From NCBI GenBank assembly GCA_011109175.1, contig RDEW01000005.1:124001-188000 (forward strand): a stretch of DNA of 64,000 bases. The letters run 5' to 3'. Numbering within the stretch: position 1 is the first letter of the stretch; each line of letters opens with the position of its first letter. Made by a program: the position numbers and the translations under genes. The stretch is from Dicyema japonicum (Eukaryota > Animalia > Dicyemida). The notes under the pieces were generated by a model. The model saw only the letters and a program-made list of their open reading frames with translations. It was not told where the DNA came from and did no database searches. Below, piece by piece: positions 63,150 through 64,000 of the stretch.

Positions 63150-63830
63150 AATTTTCGGTTTCCGCATTATGAACCCAGAATTATTATGGTAAAATAAAAA
63201 TTTTGTTGGACCAAGCAGTATGGCAAACAATGATATGGAAGCTTACTTCCAAGCAGTTGTGGATGCCGCGGACGTCCACGCTACTCTCTCCCTATTCAAG
63301 TCACGAAGATCTTAGGACTGTAAATAAGAAACTCGAAAATGCAGACGACCTGGATGTTCTTCGAAAAGTCACCTTCTCATGGAGAGCTTGAAGAATCTAA
63401 AATGGAAGATTGTCCATGGTGTTGCAGTAATAACTAGGGAATAACTTTCTTTAGTTGAGTTTTGCAAAAATAATAATACTTGTTGAAACCACATGATTTT
63501 GAATTACCATTGTTCAACCTTCGATATGGGCGTTACACCCACCCAAATCATTAAAAAGTTGAGGGCTCAGGGACACAACACGAGACCTGAAAACCGAAAC
63601 TAAAGTTTAAGTGCACAGAAAATGGCCGAAACACCTATCAAAACGACAAGAATATCTCCAGCGTTTCTAACATCCAACGGGCGACTTAAGACCTTCCCAC
63701 CGAGACAGATCGCTCCCCGAGATCCTCAACTACCAAGTCGAGTATTGGTGGTCCAGACCAAGCAATGAAATCTCGATTGCTACGTCTACACCATAGGCAC
63801 GTGCGTCCAACTCTGACTTCTTTTTGTGTC
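63150..63830. mobile_element. RTE 3' end (+, ~63150-63430) and CRE-like RLE fragment (-, ~63640-63830)
   Basis: RGRPR.TL..EDL..L.NADDLDVLR on +; VDVA..LG..DLGERSVSVG.S*VARW on -. Confidence 0.5.
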
Positions 63831-64000
63831 AACGATTCTAAATCAATGATCTCAAGAAGTCTGCACTGCAGTATTTTGTTGTCTTCCTGTCGTATCCCCT
63901 TTCAAATGGTGGATCAATAAAATAATCCTAAAGTAATTATTGACAATAAGAATCATTAGTATAGATTAAATATAATTAGTGGGATATTCAGTGAATAAGT

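Noticed and set aside
1-64000. CRISPR arrays, operons, prokaryotic defence systems, rRNA, snRNA or SL RNA genes
   Set aside because: Eukaryotic intron-containing DNA; no regularly spaced repeats and no recognisable rRNA or snRNA motifs seen by eye

Overview
AT-rich nuclear DNA from an animal with extremely short (mostly 20-35 nt) spliceosomal introns. It carries a nuclear receptor, JIP3/4 and motile-cilium genes; by inference this fits a dicyemid-type mesozoan and argues against aciliate myxozoans. Seven protein genes can be reconstructed: mitochondrial EF-G1 (-, 13 micro-introns), an AXDND1-like gene with in-frame stops, a thyroid-hormone-receptor-like nuclear receptor, a degenerate PIG-O, JIP3/JIP4, DRC5/TCTE1 and condensin NCAPH. 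There is also one tRNA-Lys(CTT). Intergenic space is a patchwork of decayed mobile elements: APE-type LINEs (Ingi/Jockey-like, RTE, BovB-like), CRE-like and R4-like RLE retroposons, tRNA-headed SINEs, and pogo, hAT-Buster and Merlin remnants. The most notable system is an Ingi-like LINE with a 2A (StopGo) motif upstream of its endonuclease. It has ~300-nt internally deleted non-autonomous derivatives sharing a covarying 5' hairpin, and a 3' stem-loop tail seen about 13 times in the window and also borrowed by a tRNA-SINE. Duplications around single Ns, 110-145 nt tandem duplications and homopolymer frameshifts are probably assembly or sequencing artefacts. All family assignments are from motif recognition by eye, not database searches.
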